64,000 bases of DNA. Origin: Octopus sinensis (lineage: Eukaryota). A program made the translations under genes and the position numbers. Every line of letters begins with the position of its first letter. Within the stretch, counting starts at the first letter, position 1. Shown here one piece after another: positions 48,950 through 61,937 of the stretch. The notes beneath the pieces are model-generated. The model did not search any database. It was not told the DNA's origin and saw only the letters and a program-made list of their open reading frames with translations. The stretch is taken from contig NC_043005.1 of assembly GCF_006345805.1 (NCBI RefSeq), forward strand, positions 98,208,001 through 98,272,000, read 5' to 3'.

Positions 48950-48982
48950 TTTCTGATGAAGAGCTATGCTTGAAACATTAAC
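48950..48982 (+). ncRNA. Minimal hammerhead fold (decayed)
   Basis: TTT-CTGATGA-A-GAGC-tat-GCTT-GAAA-CATT-AA: the core is intact, stem III has CG changed to CA, and stem I is weak. Confidence 0.6.
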
Positions 48983-49109
48983 AACTCTCTCTTTTTGCTG
49001 AATGTCAAATTAATAGATTGATTGTGCATGTCCTAATGTTCTTTTTTTTGTTTTCTTTTATTTGAATTGTTTGTTTATTTGAACTGACTACATATATACA
49101 TACATACAT

Positions 49110-49178
<69 letters not shown>

Positions 49179-49695
49179 TTATATATAGATATATATATAT
49201 ATATGTATATGTATGTATTTATATATATACATATATACATATATACATATATATATACACACACACACATACAAAATTTTATAGAATTCTATGAAATTCT
49301 ATGAAATTTTTTCCTACATAAGTAATAAAACATGAAAATTAATCAATGATCCTAAATACTATTCTTTAATATATTATGAAAAATGAAGAATATTATTTTC
49401 AGTTGTTATATGTCTATAAATTTGCAGTTATATTGTAAATAGACTCAACATAAAATGTCTTCATGTGGACATTTTTGGAACATTTTTCATTGTTACATTG
49501 TTCTCCTTAATTGCAAAGTATTTTGGTAAAACATTTTATTTTCGAGGCACAATTGGAAAACTTTGCTTTGTTTATATTTTTGATCCAGTCAAATTTGAAC
49601 TTTCCTCTGCAAAAATAACCAAAATTGAATTCTTTTATTGTTCTCTCAATGTTCAAGTTAATAAAGGATAAAAAAAAAAGCTAAATAACTATAAC

Positions 49696-49740
49696 ACTTA
49701 CCTGTCTGGTGGCCACCGACAGTCAATCAGATAGACAAAC
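49696..49740 (-). other. Consensus 5' splice donor, possible non-coding exon end
   Basis: ...GGTGGCCACCAGACAG|GTAAGT (exon end 49702); motif evidence only. Confidence 0.25.
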
Positions 49741-50880
49741 AGACAGACAGACACTTTTTAAAATGTAGGTTTCTATGTGTGTGTATATGCGTGTGTATGT
49801 GTGTTGTGTGTGTGTGTGTGTATTTGTGTATTTATGTGTATGTATGTGTGTGTGTGTGTAATTGTTTCCTCCATAAATATTGATTTATCACTCTCAGCCA
49901 CTTCTCTCTCACTCACTCACTCTCTCTCTCTCTCTCTCCATTACACATTCCCTAACTGCTGAGCTTCTTTCCTGTTCTGCCCTCTTTCACTACCTTCAAC
50001 ACACACACACACACACACACACCACCACACATCACACACTCACAGATGTATACACATACACATGCACCACACATCAGAGTTCACCTCTTCTCGTACACTG
50101 AATTTACAAAATGTTTTCCTGCAAACTCACATATTGATTTTAGCTAATGATATTACAACAGAGTTTAAGGGCTCAGGCCTCTAATGACCTCAAAATATTA
50201 CTAGCCCCTAGCACAATAAACGTTCAACCATATTTCAATGCAAATGGCATATCAAAATAGAAGGGGGTAAAAATGAACAAAGTAAAACAGCCATTGTTTG
50301 GGGCTGTGTTCAGCTTTTTCAATAATGCAACAATGAATTTTAATAATGTGCTTTATTACAAAATTGGATGCATATGACTTCAAGTAACATTTATTTATCA
50401 ATATGTACACACCCATCCACCCACACACACAGATAGATTGATAGATAGATATCATCATCATTGCTGTCATCATCATCATCATAATCATCATCACCGTTGT
50501 CATTGTCATCGTCATCATCATCATCATCATCATCATCGTCATCATCACTGTCATTACCGTTATCATTGTCATCATCATCATTGTCATCTTCACCACCACT
50601 GCCCCCCATCATCATCATCATAATCATCATCACCGTTATCATTGTCATCTTCGCCACCCCCACCCCCATCATCATCATCATCATCATCATCAAAATCAAA
50701 TCTACTTTCCCACATTTGTATTGATCAGACAAAACTGTCTCAAAGTAGATTATTCCGTGGCCAAATTTTCTTCCTGTTATCAATTCTCCTCACCTGTTTC
50801 CAGGTAAGCTGATATCTCTTCTGGTGTTTGAATAATAAATGACACCTTTATCACACAAGTTTTCACTGAAGATTGCTAAT

Positions 50881-51300
50881 AGGTGCAGGAGTGGCTGTGT
50901 GGTGAGTAGCTTGCTTACCAACCACATGGTTCTGGGTTCAGTCCCACTGCATGGCACCTTGGGCAAGTGTCTTCTACGATAGCCTCGAGCTGACCAAAGC
51001 CTTGTGAGTGGATTTTGTAGACGGAAACTGAAGGAAGCTCGTCGTGTATATGTATATATATATGTGTGTGTGTGTATATGTTTGTGTGTCTGTGTTTGTT
51101 CCCCCAACATTGCTTGACGACTGATGCTGATGTGTTTACTTCCCTGTAACTTAGCGGTTTGGTAAAAGAGACCGATAGAATAAGTACTAGGCTTACAAAG
51201 AATAAGTCCTGGGGTTGATTTGCTTGACTAAAGGTGGTGCTCCAGCATGGTCACAGTCAAATGACTGAAACAAGTAAAAGAGTAAAAGGGAGAGTAAAAG
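50881..51300 (+). mobile_element. SINE family A, full length
   Basis: Head-to-tail match, ending GTAAAAGAGTAAAAG. Confidence 0.88.
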
Positions 51301-51489
51301 AAAGTAATAAGTGACACTGTTTTTATATAACAGTGGCTTTAGTTTACACTGAATGTGCTCACAACAGGACAAGAAGAAACACACACATGCTCATTCTACA
51401 TACTTATGTAGTGATATATATATATATATGTATATCATTAGTTTCAATGGTGTGGGTGACAGAACATGGGTGTGTGTTGTCATGGCAGT

Positions 51490-52720
51490 ATGTGAGTGTG
51501 TGTTGTCGTGTAGCAATATTTGCTTTGACAACAGACCCCCAGCGTCTGGTGTGATTTGCTGGTTTCAATTTTCTTGGCCAGCATTTCACTATAGCCTTCA
51601 CTGGTGATTGTAGACCCCTTTTCCAGATAACGTTCCAGTATTGCCTCCCATAAAACGGTTAGTATCCCTTTTCTGCGGATGGTAGAGTCTTGAATTTCTT
51701 TCCTACTGGCGATTACAAGTGTTTCGACTCCATATTCTGCCTTTAGAGTCTTGGTTCAAAGTCATAGACTCAGGTCTCATCTCATATGACTATTCTCTTC
51801 AATAAAGCTTTGTCTTCATTGTTGCAGTGGTTGAGGAATCATTGACAGATCTCCACATAATTGTCATCATCATCATCATCATCGTTTAACGTTCGCTTTC
51901 CATGCTAGCATGGGTTGGACGATTTTGACTGTGGGCCGGCAAACCAGATGGCTGCACCAGGCTCGAATCTTTATTTGGCAGAGTTTCTACAGCTGGATGC
52001 CCTTTTTAATGCCAACCACTCAGAGAGTGTAGTGGGTGCTTTTTATGTGCCACTGGCACGGGGGCCAGTCAGGCAGTACTGGCAATGACCTTGCTCGAAT
52101 CTTTTTACACATGCCACCGACACAGGTGCCAGTAAGGCGGCATTGGTAATGATCACGCTTGAATGGTGCCCTTTTACGTGCCAACGGCACGGAAGCCAGT
52201 TGGCTGCTTTGGCAACGATCATGCTCGTATGGTACTCTTTGCACCCCGCTAGCACGGAAGCCAGTTGACTGCTCTGGCAACGATCATGCTCGTATGGTAC
52301 TCTTTGCACCCCACTAGCACGGATGCCAGTCATCGAATGTGATTTTGATTTCGATTGTGCTTATGCTTATGCATTTTGGTAAGCTCTCTTAGCACCCATC
52401 TCACACAGACTTGACATAAGCAAATGTTATCATGGATGATATATAAGCAGGACCATGACTAATTTGAAGAAAACATGCCATCTCACCAATGGTCACTCAT
52501 TTGTTTGCCTGATCGATCTCTTGAGCTTGTTGAAACGTTTTGATTTACTCATTCACACTTCTATTCAGTAGAGTACTGTCTCCTTGTTGCACCGAAAGCC
52601 TGTGATGAATTTTAGCCCTGACACACCTCAGACCAGAAAAATCAGATTATTGATCTCTGTTCTTCTTTTGTGCACACTATCAGCAGAAAGGCCATGTCTA
52701 CACTGTAACACAAAGAAGAA
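51490..52720 (-). pseudogene. mariner transposase remnant split by an RTE insertion
   Basis: VCARWVxxELT-like sequence at ~52380-52410; after the insertion, LKRIV.xDET.VYDFEP, KKFKTLPSAGK and ILLHDN. Confidence 0.75.
51860..52360 (-). mobile_element. RTE 3' UTR fragment (family R, ~5 modules)
   Basis: Same signature with an expanded module array. Confidence 0.85.
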
Positions 52721-53014
52721 AACTGGAGTTAACATGGCAAACTTTGGTTACCACAGGAGAACCACCTTTTAGCGTGTGAGCACTACAAGCAGTGTGGCCA
52801 ACCGAAAGAAAGTTTGGGGGAAAATGCAAATAGTTATTTATCCTCTCTTTTATGTATATAAATGTGTGTGCATGTGTGTATGTCTGTGTGTATGTATATA
52901 TATAGTTATTGCAAATAACACCAAAATGAGCCTTTTATTTACAAACATTTGAGCAAAACATGTGCAACCAGAAGGGACATGATATCACTTGCACAAGTAT
53001 ACATACATACATAT

Positions 53015-53081
<67 letters not shown>

Positions 53082-53123
53082 GTGTATATATAATATATAT
53101 ATATATATATATGTGTATGTATG

Positions 53124-53184
<61 letters not shown>

Positions 53185-53191
53185 GTATATC

Positions 53192-53610
53192 TATTGGGTC
53201 ATCCCATAAATATATACGGTTTTTCAATTGCATGAAAAGTCAGAGGGGGAGGGGATAAACTACCTGCATCAACTTGCTATAAATGAAGGAAGTAATTTTA
53301 CCTTGTGCTTATTCTTTGTGCAAGTTTTGAAATGTTCAGTTCGATTTTAACAGTTATTTTTTGAAAGCCATAATGGAAATGACAAAGCAGCATATTCAGC
53401 ATAAAATGCTTAATGGGTTCAATAAAGAAGACAGCACAATGGAAAGTGCGAGGAATATTAAAGCAGTATATGGAGATCAAACAATAGGCGTAAGCCATTG
53501 TCAGTGGTGGTTCCAGAAATTCCAAGCCAGAAATTACAGCCTAGAAGATGAGCCTCAGCCTGAATGATGTGTAGAGCTCAACGAGGACATCCTGGAAACC
53601 CTGGTGGGAA
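53192..53610 (+). pseudogene. mariner 5' end (TIR plus HTH-coding region)
   Basis: TA|TTGGGTCATCCCATAAA, then MEMTKQHIQH...ARNIKAVYGDQTIGVSHCQWWFQKFQARNYSLEDEP...VELNEDIL. Confidence 0.85.
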
Positions 53611-53611
53611 G

Positions 53612-54776
53612 GAGTTAATTACTCAGTTCATAAGTGGAATATCTGTGGTGATTTAAAGGTGTTTTCCCTTCCTCCTAGGCCTGCAAGTGGGACATACCGA
53701 AAATATATGCTTCTTGTGTGTTTAGAACAACCATGACAACAGCAATCATTACACAGTAAAAGACTGGCTAAAAGAGATGAGTACATATGTCACTGGTAGA
53801 GCCACAAAAGATCTTCCTTCCACTCCATCACATCAAACTTGGCCTCAGGAAAAACTTTGTAAAAGCAATGGCACATGATGGTTGTGGTTTCCAGTATCGA
53901 AGAGTAAAATTAGGTGCAGAGAAAAGTGACACAAAACTAAAAGCAGGCATTTTCATTGGACCCGAGATTAGAGAATTGATATCTGATAGCAAATTCAGAG
54001 GTAAACTGAATCCAGTTGAGCTGATGGGATTCATTAGGGTTAGTTGTACAGAACTTTCTTGGAAATCATAGAGTTGAAAACTATGCTGGTTTGATAAACA
54101 ATATGCTAACAGTGTATGAAAGAATGGGATGCCAAATGTCCCTTAAAATGCACTTCTTGCATTCTCATCTCAATTTTTTTCCAACGGAATCTTGGTGCCC
54201 TTATTGATGAGTATGGTGAGGTTCCACCAGGACATGTCTGAGATGAAAATAAGGTATCAAGGCCAGTTCAATCCACACATGATGGGTGACTACTGCTGGT
54301 TCCTACAACGGGAGAACAGTACGACACATAAGCGCAAGAGCAAGTGTCTCAAACATTTCTGAGCTGAGCATATCAAAAATAAACTGAGTATTCCCTTAAT
54401 ATGAAGATACTATGTACCATTATATTATAATACTATTTGCTTTGAACATAAATATACTACATACAGTACTAATATACTATTATAATAGTTATTTATCATG
54501 AACTTAACTATTCCTGATTCTAATATAGTATCTCTTATTATAAAAGGCAGATTTTATCTGCCTCCCTTTGTAACTTATAGAAATCTACAATATAGGATTT
54601 CTTCAATTACAATTTACCTAGCATTTTTAAGAGTAGAATGCATCGGGTCATGCCAGGTCCAGTTTTTAAAATTTAAACTCCAATTAAGCAAAATTTACAG
54701 AAAACTCACATTCTGGTGTGTGTGTCAAATGCTTTTCTTAATGTGGTTTACACCACACGCACACGCACACACACAG
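53612..54776 (+). pseudogene. Chapaev3-like (CMC superfamily) transposase 3' half
   Basis: KWNICGDLKV, KIFLPLHHIKLGLRKNFVKAM, GIFIGPEIREL, CQMSLKMHFLHSHL, a decayed DEHGERFHQD and MMGDYCW; putative terminus ...ACACAGTG. Family assignment is from recalled motifs. Confidence 0.7.
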
Positions 54777-55368
54777 TGTGCAACGAATAAAATGAAAGTA
54801 AATAGCGACAGAGTGATTTGAGGAAGACTAAACTGAAAGTATTTAAACCACTACTCAAAAAATAAAAAAAACATAGCAAACAGAAACAAATAAATACATA
54901 ACGATTTACTCCTCACACAATTTCTTCAATTAGAGTCTACCCATGATTTTTCAGAGTACTTCAGTGGGTGATGCCATAAAAAATTTCTTTCAATTTTACC
55001 ACCAATTAAGACAAAATTCGAGAAAACTCAATATTTTAACATATCACTCCGAAAGCATTGATGTACATGTGTGCGTGCGTGAGTGTGATACAAACACGTG
55101 TGTGTTTGTTATTAGTAAAAAAGGCGCCAAACACAACTCACTTATCATTCCAACACATTTGCAAAGACACACGGATGGTGGAATTGCTATAACAATACAG
55201 AAAAGGTAAATTGGTTTTTATTTTACTCTGTATATATTTTATTATATAATATTATATATAGATATATGTATATATAATTGCAGTATGAAACAGTGTTTAT
55301 GTATAAACAGACGACACTTATATATAGTTATTATAATAAGAGATTAATAAATGTATGCATCCGTTTAA

Positions 55369-55694
55369 CCCTTTCGTTACCAAACCGCCCGAATTTACCT
55401 ATTCATATTTAAATGAGATATCAGAGCAAATCTCTTTAGTACATTCGTGAAAACACGTATTATACTTCGTAAACACTTCAACTACAGTTTTGTACAAAAA
55501 TCGAAGTGTAATTTTAATTCCGTGAATTATGGGAGATTTTTTTTCCGAAATTTGTTCTTATTGTGTTTTCAAAATTTGTAATTCTGACAAAAAATGGATA
55601 CGAATTTCATTATATCAAGCAGCGAGTCAGAATTCGAAGGATTTTCTACTGAAGACCTTCATAAATCTAACTCTATGACTGAAAAAAAAAAGCA
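55369..55694 (+). mobile_element. piggyBac-like 5' end with start of transposase
   Basis: TTAA|CCCTTTCGTTACC terminus; ORF start MDTNFIISSSESEFEGFSTEDL; ends at the Helitron. Confidence 0.6.
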
Positions 55695-56078
55695 TCTTTA
55701 TATAAGAGTGAAGTTGTGTGTCTGTCTCCTACGATTTAGATTCGTAACTACTCCCTCATTTTGCGGTGCAGTTTAACCAAAAGCGGGTATCTTATAGTCG
55801 TGATTCATATCGAGCCCTTCTGGGTATTAGCGCGCGTCTACGATTTAAATAAAATTTACCATCATATTTTTCCATTTTAATGCATTTTTTTCGCTTTTAT
55901 ATAAGGAAAGTAACTCTCTAAAAATATCTACGATGTGTCAACGATTTAAAAAAAAATTTACCGTAATTTTTTTTCAATTTTTAATGCATTTTTTTGCTAT
56001 TTTTTGGCTATAACTCTCTAAAAATGCTTATATAGTTATTTCCCTTACAACCCGAGCAACGCCGGGCGATACTGCTAG
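55695..56078 (+). mobile_element. Non-autonomous Helitron
   Basis: A|TCTTTATATAAGAGTGAAGTTGTGTG...CCCGAGCAACGCCGGG-CGATACTG-CTAG|T; intact subterminal hairpin and no TSD. Confidence 0.88.
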
Positions 56079-56329
56079 TCAATATATAATTACATGCATA
56101 GTTCAAAATCCTGATGTGCTACAGAAATTCTGAGTTCTGATTCATAATCAGATGCGTAATCTGGTTCGTAATCTGATGCATACTCAGTTTAGTTTAGTAA
56201 AGCACCATTTGTCTGAGTAGCAAAACAATAAATCTTTGTTTTGCTGCCTAGTATTATTTAGGGGATGATCTAATATATATTACTCTACTCCCTTGAGAGA
56301 AAACTCAAACACTATGCAGTGATTTACAT

Positions 56330-56575
56330 CTGGAAGATCCTGGAAGGTCTAGCTCCCAACTTTGGAACTGAAAGCTATAGAAAGCATCAAACTGGATGGA
56401 AGTGTATAGCACTTAGAACCAAAGATCTCATCTCTATCTAGAATAAGGACCCAGTATTGTAACAACTTAAGTTTAAAGGGTCCACTACTATTCACCATTC
56501 TGCTCAACAACTTTAGAGATCTCTGAAGTGTAAATGTGGTGGTTTTCATAGAACATTTGAATATATATTTATTGG
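56330..56575 (+). pseudogene. CR1-type LINE 3' coding remnant
   Basis: IWKILEGLAPNFG...RTQYCNNLSLKGPLLF; related to 33770-33900. Confidence 0.65.
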
Positions 56576-56850
56576 CAATACAGAGGAATGAAAGGAGAAT
56601 AGGTACAAAAAACTAATCGAAGAGTGCAGAGAACAGGGATGGAATGTCGAGTATTACCACCTGGCAGTGGGAGCTAGGGGCTTCATTGAAAGGAAAATGA
56701 CAACGCTATTCAAAAGAAGATTTGTTTTTTCTGGCACAGAGCTGAGAAAACTAATAAGGAGAATACAGGAGGCGGTCGAAAAAGCCAACTTCTATATATG
56801 GTTGAAGCGAGAAGACCAACAATGGCTTGAAAGTCATAACATGCCGGCGG
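56576..56850 (+). pseudogene. HERO/NeSL-type REL-endonuclease C-terminus
   Basis: YKKLIEECREQGWNVEYYHLAVGARGF...RKLIRRIQEAVEKANFYIWLKREDQQW. Confidence 0.7.
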
Positions 56851-58274
56851 AAAATAACATCACCAGGTGAGACAAGCTGACACTGAATTAGCTTCACTGA
56901 CTGACAGGTGACGAGCGTCTGGAGAATGCGTGGGCTAAGACTACACGCCTTCATTGGTCAGTTTAAGTTGAGACAGTGTAACATGACAACTTGCTGTGGC
57001 TGCCTGCTGGAGCCTAGCAGCAGGTATTTAAAGGGAAAAATTTGACAAGGCCAGGGAACAGAAGAAAGAAGCCATGCACCCAACACCAGAGCTGAAGACA
57101 CCTCTGAAAAGAAGGGGGGGGGCACCACGTCAAAACAGTTGAGGAGTAGGGGCCAAAACCGGACGTGGTTCCTCCTGATGATGTTTTGAGCTAACTGGAT
57201 CCTATAAAGGAGCTGTTGTGGTAGCAGACCACGAAACACAGTTGAAATTCCTCCTGTAGGATGAACCCACATCACAGCAGGAGACACAAAGAAGAGCAGC
57301 TCTGTGCACCTCGTTACTTCACTAGAAACAATACAGGAAACTAAATCAGTCACACCAAAATGCTGCTTCAGTAATAAAAGATAAAAGACAGAAGAGAAAG
57401 ATTGCATCAAAGTCAGGAAATCCTAACAGGATTCATGTCAGTTTGCTGAAATAACCGTTGTGTATTGGTGTAACTGATCTTCACACATTATTGTAATAAC
57501 TGTTGATTATCTTTTAATTATACTCCATATTAGTTTAACAATTGTATGTGTAATAGTAAAATTTGCTGTTGACACATCCTTACAAATGTTTGTACTGGTG
57601 TAAAAAAAATCTCTTGCATATTGCTGCAAGTATTCTTTGACATGCTATAATATTTACTGTTGACAAGTGCAGCATATTAGTGCAGTTAATGGTGACAGAT
57701 AAGTACAATAAATATTGATGCAACGCAATAAAGATCACATCGTAAGTGCCTTTATGAGATCTGTAAAGAGAAAATTGTAAAATTGTATCTGCACTGGTTT
57801 TGTGGCAGAACATAGTTTTTTGCCACACTAAATTTGATATTCTGTGTGTATTCAAGTAATAATTTACTTGAAAAAATAAAAATATTTGTTATTCTATGAG
57901 GACAACTGCTTAGAGATACGGAGTGTTTTGCAGATGTGACTTGAGATACAGTTTGTTAGATGTGACTCTAGTTTATAACCGTTTATATTTTCCACTGCAA
58001 GTCTTTAAACTGGTTCTTGTGTTTGATGCAATTTAGCATAGAAATGCATTTATCTTTTTCTTTTTTTCATCCAAACCACATACACACATGCACACATACA
58101 TGCATACATGTGTGTACCCCCACCACACACACACACACATTTGTATGTGTGTGTGTGTGTGTGTGTGTGTAGTTTTATTGTAAGTGAAAAAAGTTTACAA
58201 ATAGAACCTTTAGAACAATGAAATTGTTTTAAATTCTACAGAGAAAATCAGGTGACAAATAATCAAGCAGATAT

Positions 58275-58680
58275 TCTCTTCTACTGTAGGCAAAGGGCTG
58301 AATTTTGGTGGGAGGGGAGGTAGTCGATTACATCGACACCAGTGCGCAACTGGTGCTTATTTCATGGACACTGAAAGGATGAAAGGCAAAGTTGACCTCA
58401 GTGGAATTTAAACCCAGAACATAAAGACGGACAAAATGCCACCAAGCATTTTACCCCTCATACTAATGATTGTGTTAGCTCACTTAATAAGCAGATAAAT
58501 ATTAATAAATGCTAAAAATTTATAAGCAAATAAATATTCCTTTCTACTCTAGGCACAAGGCCCAAAATTTTGGGGGAGAAGGACAGTCGATTAGATTGAT
58601 CCTAGTATGCAACAGGTACTTAATTTATTGACCCCCAAAACAATGAAAAGCAAAGTCAACCTCGGCAGAATTTGAACTGA
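58275..58680 (-). mobile_element. Two SINE family B copies
   Basis: Family signature at ~58275-58490 and ~58535-58680. Confidence 0.75.
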
Positions 58681-58831
58681 AAATGTTTTCAGCTTAAATT
58701 TGCTCTTCAGGTGCTATTTTCTCTGCTTTGTTTTGCAGTTATGTGCTTGTATATACATATACATACTTACATACGTGCATGCATACATACATACATACAT
58801 ACATACATACATACATACATACATGCATACA

Positions 58832-58862
<31 letters not shown>

Positions 58863-58864
<2 letters not shown>

Positions 58865-59650
58865 TCTTCTCCAAACCCTAACTCTGCCATCTGCTACAAA
58901 AATGCAACATTGACTTTTGTCAGAGAAAACTACTGTCCTCCACTTCTGATATTGCCAGTCCTGATGTTTTTGAGCCCACTGCAGTTGTGCCCATCAATGA
59001 TGATCTGGGTGTCGACAAGACAGATTAAAAGATCTGTCGGCAGCGAACTGTCTCTGCACAAATGGGTTTGTGCTGAGTCCCCGTGGTTTGCCTAGCTGAT
59101 TCTGTTACCCTCAGGAATCGGTCTTGCGAATGCCATTGGTGCAAGTAGTGACCTTGAAATGCCATTGTAGCCCTCGGTTGGCAACTGCGTGGACAATTGT
59201 CCGTGCTCTTTGTGGCATTGTATTGCATAATGCCACTCATTTACCTGAATACGGCAGTTCAAGTCATTAGCAATGACCCATGGACATTGACCAGCATGGA
59301 GACATCCAATGGCTTGCTCCCTCTGATTCTGTGTCAGTCTTTGCATGCTTGCTGTATTTGGGAAACGAATGACAGGCTGAGAAATTTGGGTGCCTTTTAT
59401 ACTCAACGAGTCAAAGTTTTCCACATGCATCATGCTTTTCATAAAGATGTGTTCATGAGCATTACCATATTCATGGAAAGTGAGCGAGTTTGAACCCTAC
59501 ATGCAATTCTTGTGTTTTCAAAAGAGAGTGGTGCTGTGGGTCAATGACATCTTCTTGATGTCAAATTACCTAGAAATGTGATAAAATCCATATAGTCTCA
59601 ATATCCTGTGTGAAACAAATAATCTTTTACCGTGCAACATTTCTTTCGAA
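58863..59650 (-). pseudogene. Tc1-like transposon 5' half
   Basis: TATAAAA upstream of MQRLTQNQREQAIGCLHAGQ...DRFLRVTESARQTTG...ICAETVR...WAQKHQDWQYQKWRTVVFSDKS...DGRVRVWRR. Confidence 0.8.
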
Positions 59651-59676
59651 TATATATATATATACACACACACACA

Positions 59677-59712
<36 letters not shown>

Positions 59713-60609
59713 AATGCATGCAAAAATAATCTACAGAACAAAAGTGAAGAGAATGGAATAAAAGTGACTTTGAACAAATGTTTTAGAATATCCACGGATG
59801 TGCATTCATTTCTGAGAATCTGCTTCAGCTGTTAAACTCAGAATAGCTGAATCAGTAGAAGAATGTACCAATTGCTACCACTGTGTTACAGTGACCAGTT
59901 GTTCTAGAGCAACAAACCATTTTCGCTTCTTTTCTATATATGGACTATATTTAGAGAAGAGTTTACTTTCCTTCATTTTTCTGTTCTTTTTTTTTCTTGC
60001 CAGAGGCAGTCAATATTTCTATCTGTTAAGATGTAACCAGAGATATCACTGAAATTTATTGCTTAATATCTGAATATCCACCACATACATCTATTGGCCA
60101 CGAAACAATATAAACCATTATGTGAATAAATACCACACACACACACACATATGCACACATACACACACTACATTACTGAAATTATTCCCCCACCTTCTTA
60201 TATGCTATATACTTTAGCAAAAATAAAAAAAAATAAAAAATAGCAAAAACAGAAAACTACCAAAAATTATTCATGTCAATTTATAATCTTTTTGACGAGA
60301 TAAAATAAATAATATCAGATAGTATTACACACATAATTTTCTCAGAAATGCATTAATTTTAATTTCTTTTGACTCTCAGCAGAAGATCAATTTTTTTTTC
60401 CTTTATGTAGAAAATGGTAAAGGTGGATGGGCAGGGAATGGGGAATCCTATATTCATTTAGATCATGTCTACTATATTACTCATACTTATTTTAGGTGAC
60501 CTCTGAATCGATAAACAGAAGCTACAGTTGACCTGCAGTTTGTTTACTTCATTTCATGTAGCTGTTTGGGGTACTCCATCTGTAATGATGATGAACTTTC
60601 CAGTTGATC

Positions 60610-60810
60610 TAATCAATGGAACAATCTGCTTATGAAATTAATGTGCAAGTGGCCGAGTATTCCACAGACACATGTACCCTTAACGTAGTTGTCAAGGAAA
60701 TTCAGTGTGACACACCAAATGTGACAAAGCTGGCTCATTGAACTTGCCAGCTGAGTGGACTGGAGCAACGTAAAATAAAGAGTCTTGCTCAAGGATGCAA
60801 TGATCATGAG
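60610..60810 (-). mobile_element. CORE-like SINE fragment (shares a domain with family C)
   Basis: CAGCTGAGTGGACTGGAGCAACGTAAAATAAAGAGTCTTGCTCAAGGA matches the reverse complement of 26385-26430. Confidence 0.65.
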
Positions 60811-61169
60811 CAACTAAATCACAGACCTTCATAATTTTATGTCACAATTTGTAAGCGATATTAGCGTTGGTTACAGGCTTTGAATGAGCCATTCACTGGT
60901 TCATGAAATTTCTGATGGCATGAGTTACAAGGGAGTGTCAGTAACTCAGTTGAGAACAAATATTTCAAAAATGTCATTGTTTGAAAAAATCAGCAGTCTT
61001 TTAGTTTTCTTGTCAATGCAAAAATAATAATGAACAGAAGATATTCACGTTATCATCATCATTTTCATTATCATCATTATTCTAATGCTTACATGGTTCA
61101 GATTAAGTTTGTTGAAGCAGAATTTTCCTGAATATATTGCCTTTAATAATAATAATGATGATGATGATG

Positions 61170-61512
61170 ATGATGATAATCATTATCATCATCATCATCG
61201 TTTAACATCCGTTTTTCCATGCTAGCATGGTTTGGATGGTTCGACCGGGGTCTGGGAAGCCAGGAGGCTGTGCCAAGAGGCTGCGCCAGGCTCAATAAAC
61301 CCTTCTATTATAGGCACAAGGCCTAACATTTTGGGGAAGGTATAGTTGATTACATGAAACCAAATATTCAACTGGCACTTAATTTATCACCCCCCAAAAT
61401 GATGCAAAGCAAAGTTGACCCTGGTGGAATTTGAACTCAGAATGTGAAGATGGATGAAATACTGCTAAGCATTTTGTCTAGCATGCTAACAATTCTGCCA
61501 GCTTGCCGCCTT
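61170..61512 (-). mobile_element. Family R stub (61170-61290) plus SINE family B (61300-61512)
   Basis: Both family signatures are present. Confidence 0.75.

Positions 61513-61937
<425 letters not shown>

Larger units (their letters stand above)
48645..49090. mobile_element. Head-to-head pair of diverged HHR-bearing short elements (second family)
   Basis: The reverse complement of 48645-48850 aligns with 48900-49090 (TCTTCCCTTCT...HHR...GTCAAAT...GTCCT...TTTTCTT...ACTA). Confidence 0.65.

Noticed and set aside
50391-50783. Asp-rich minus-strand ORF
   Set aside because: It is a degenerate (GAT)n tract with no splice or start support.
56977-57428. Solo LTR (TGT...ACA with TATA-like and AATAAA motifs)
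   Set aside because: The flanks (GACAG versus GGATT) give no TSD and there is no second copy in the window; left unannotated.
57560-57900. hAT transposase C-terminal remnant on the minus strand
   Set aside because: The similarity is too faint to support by eye.
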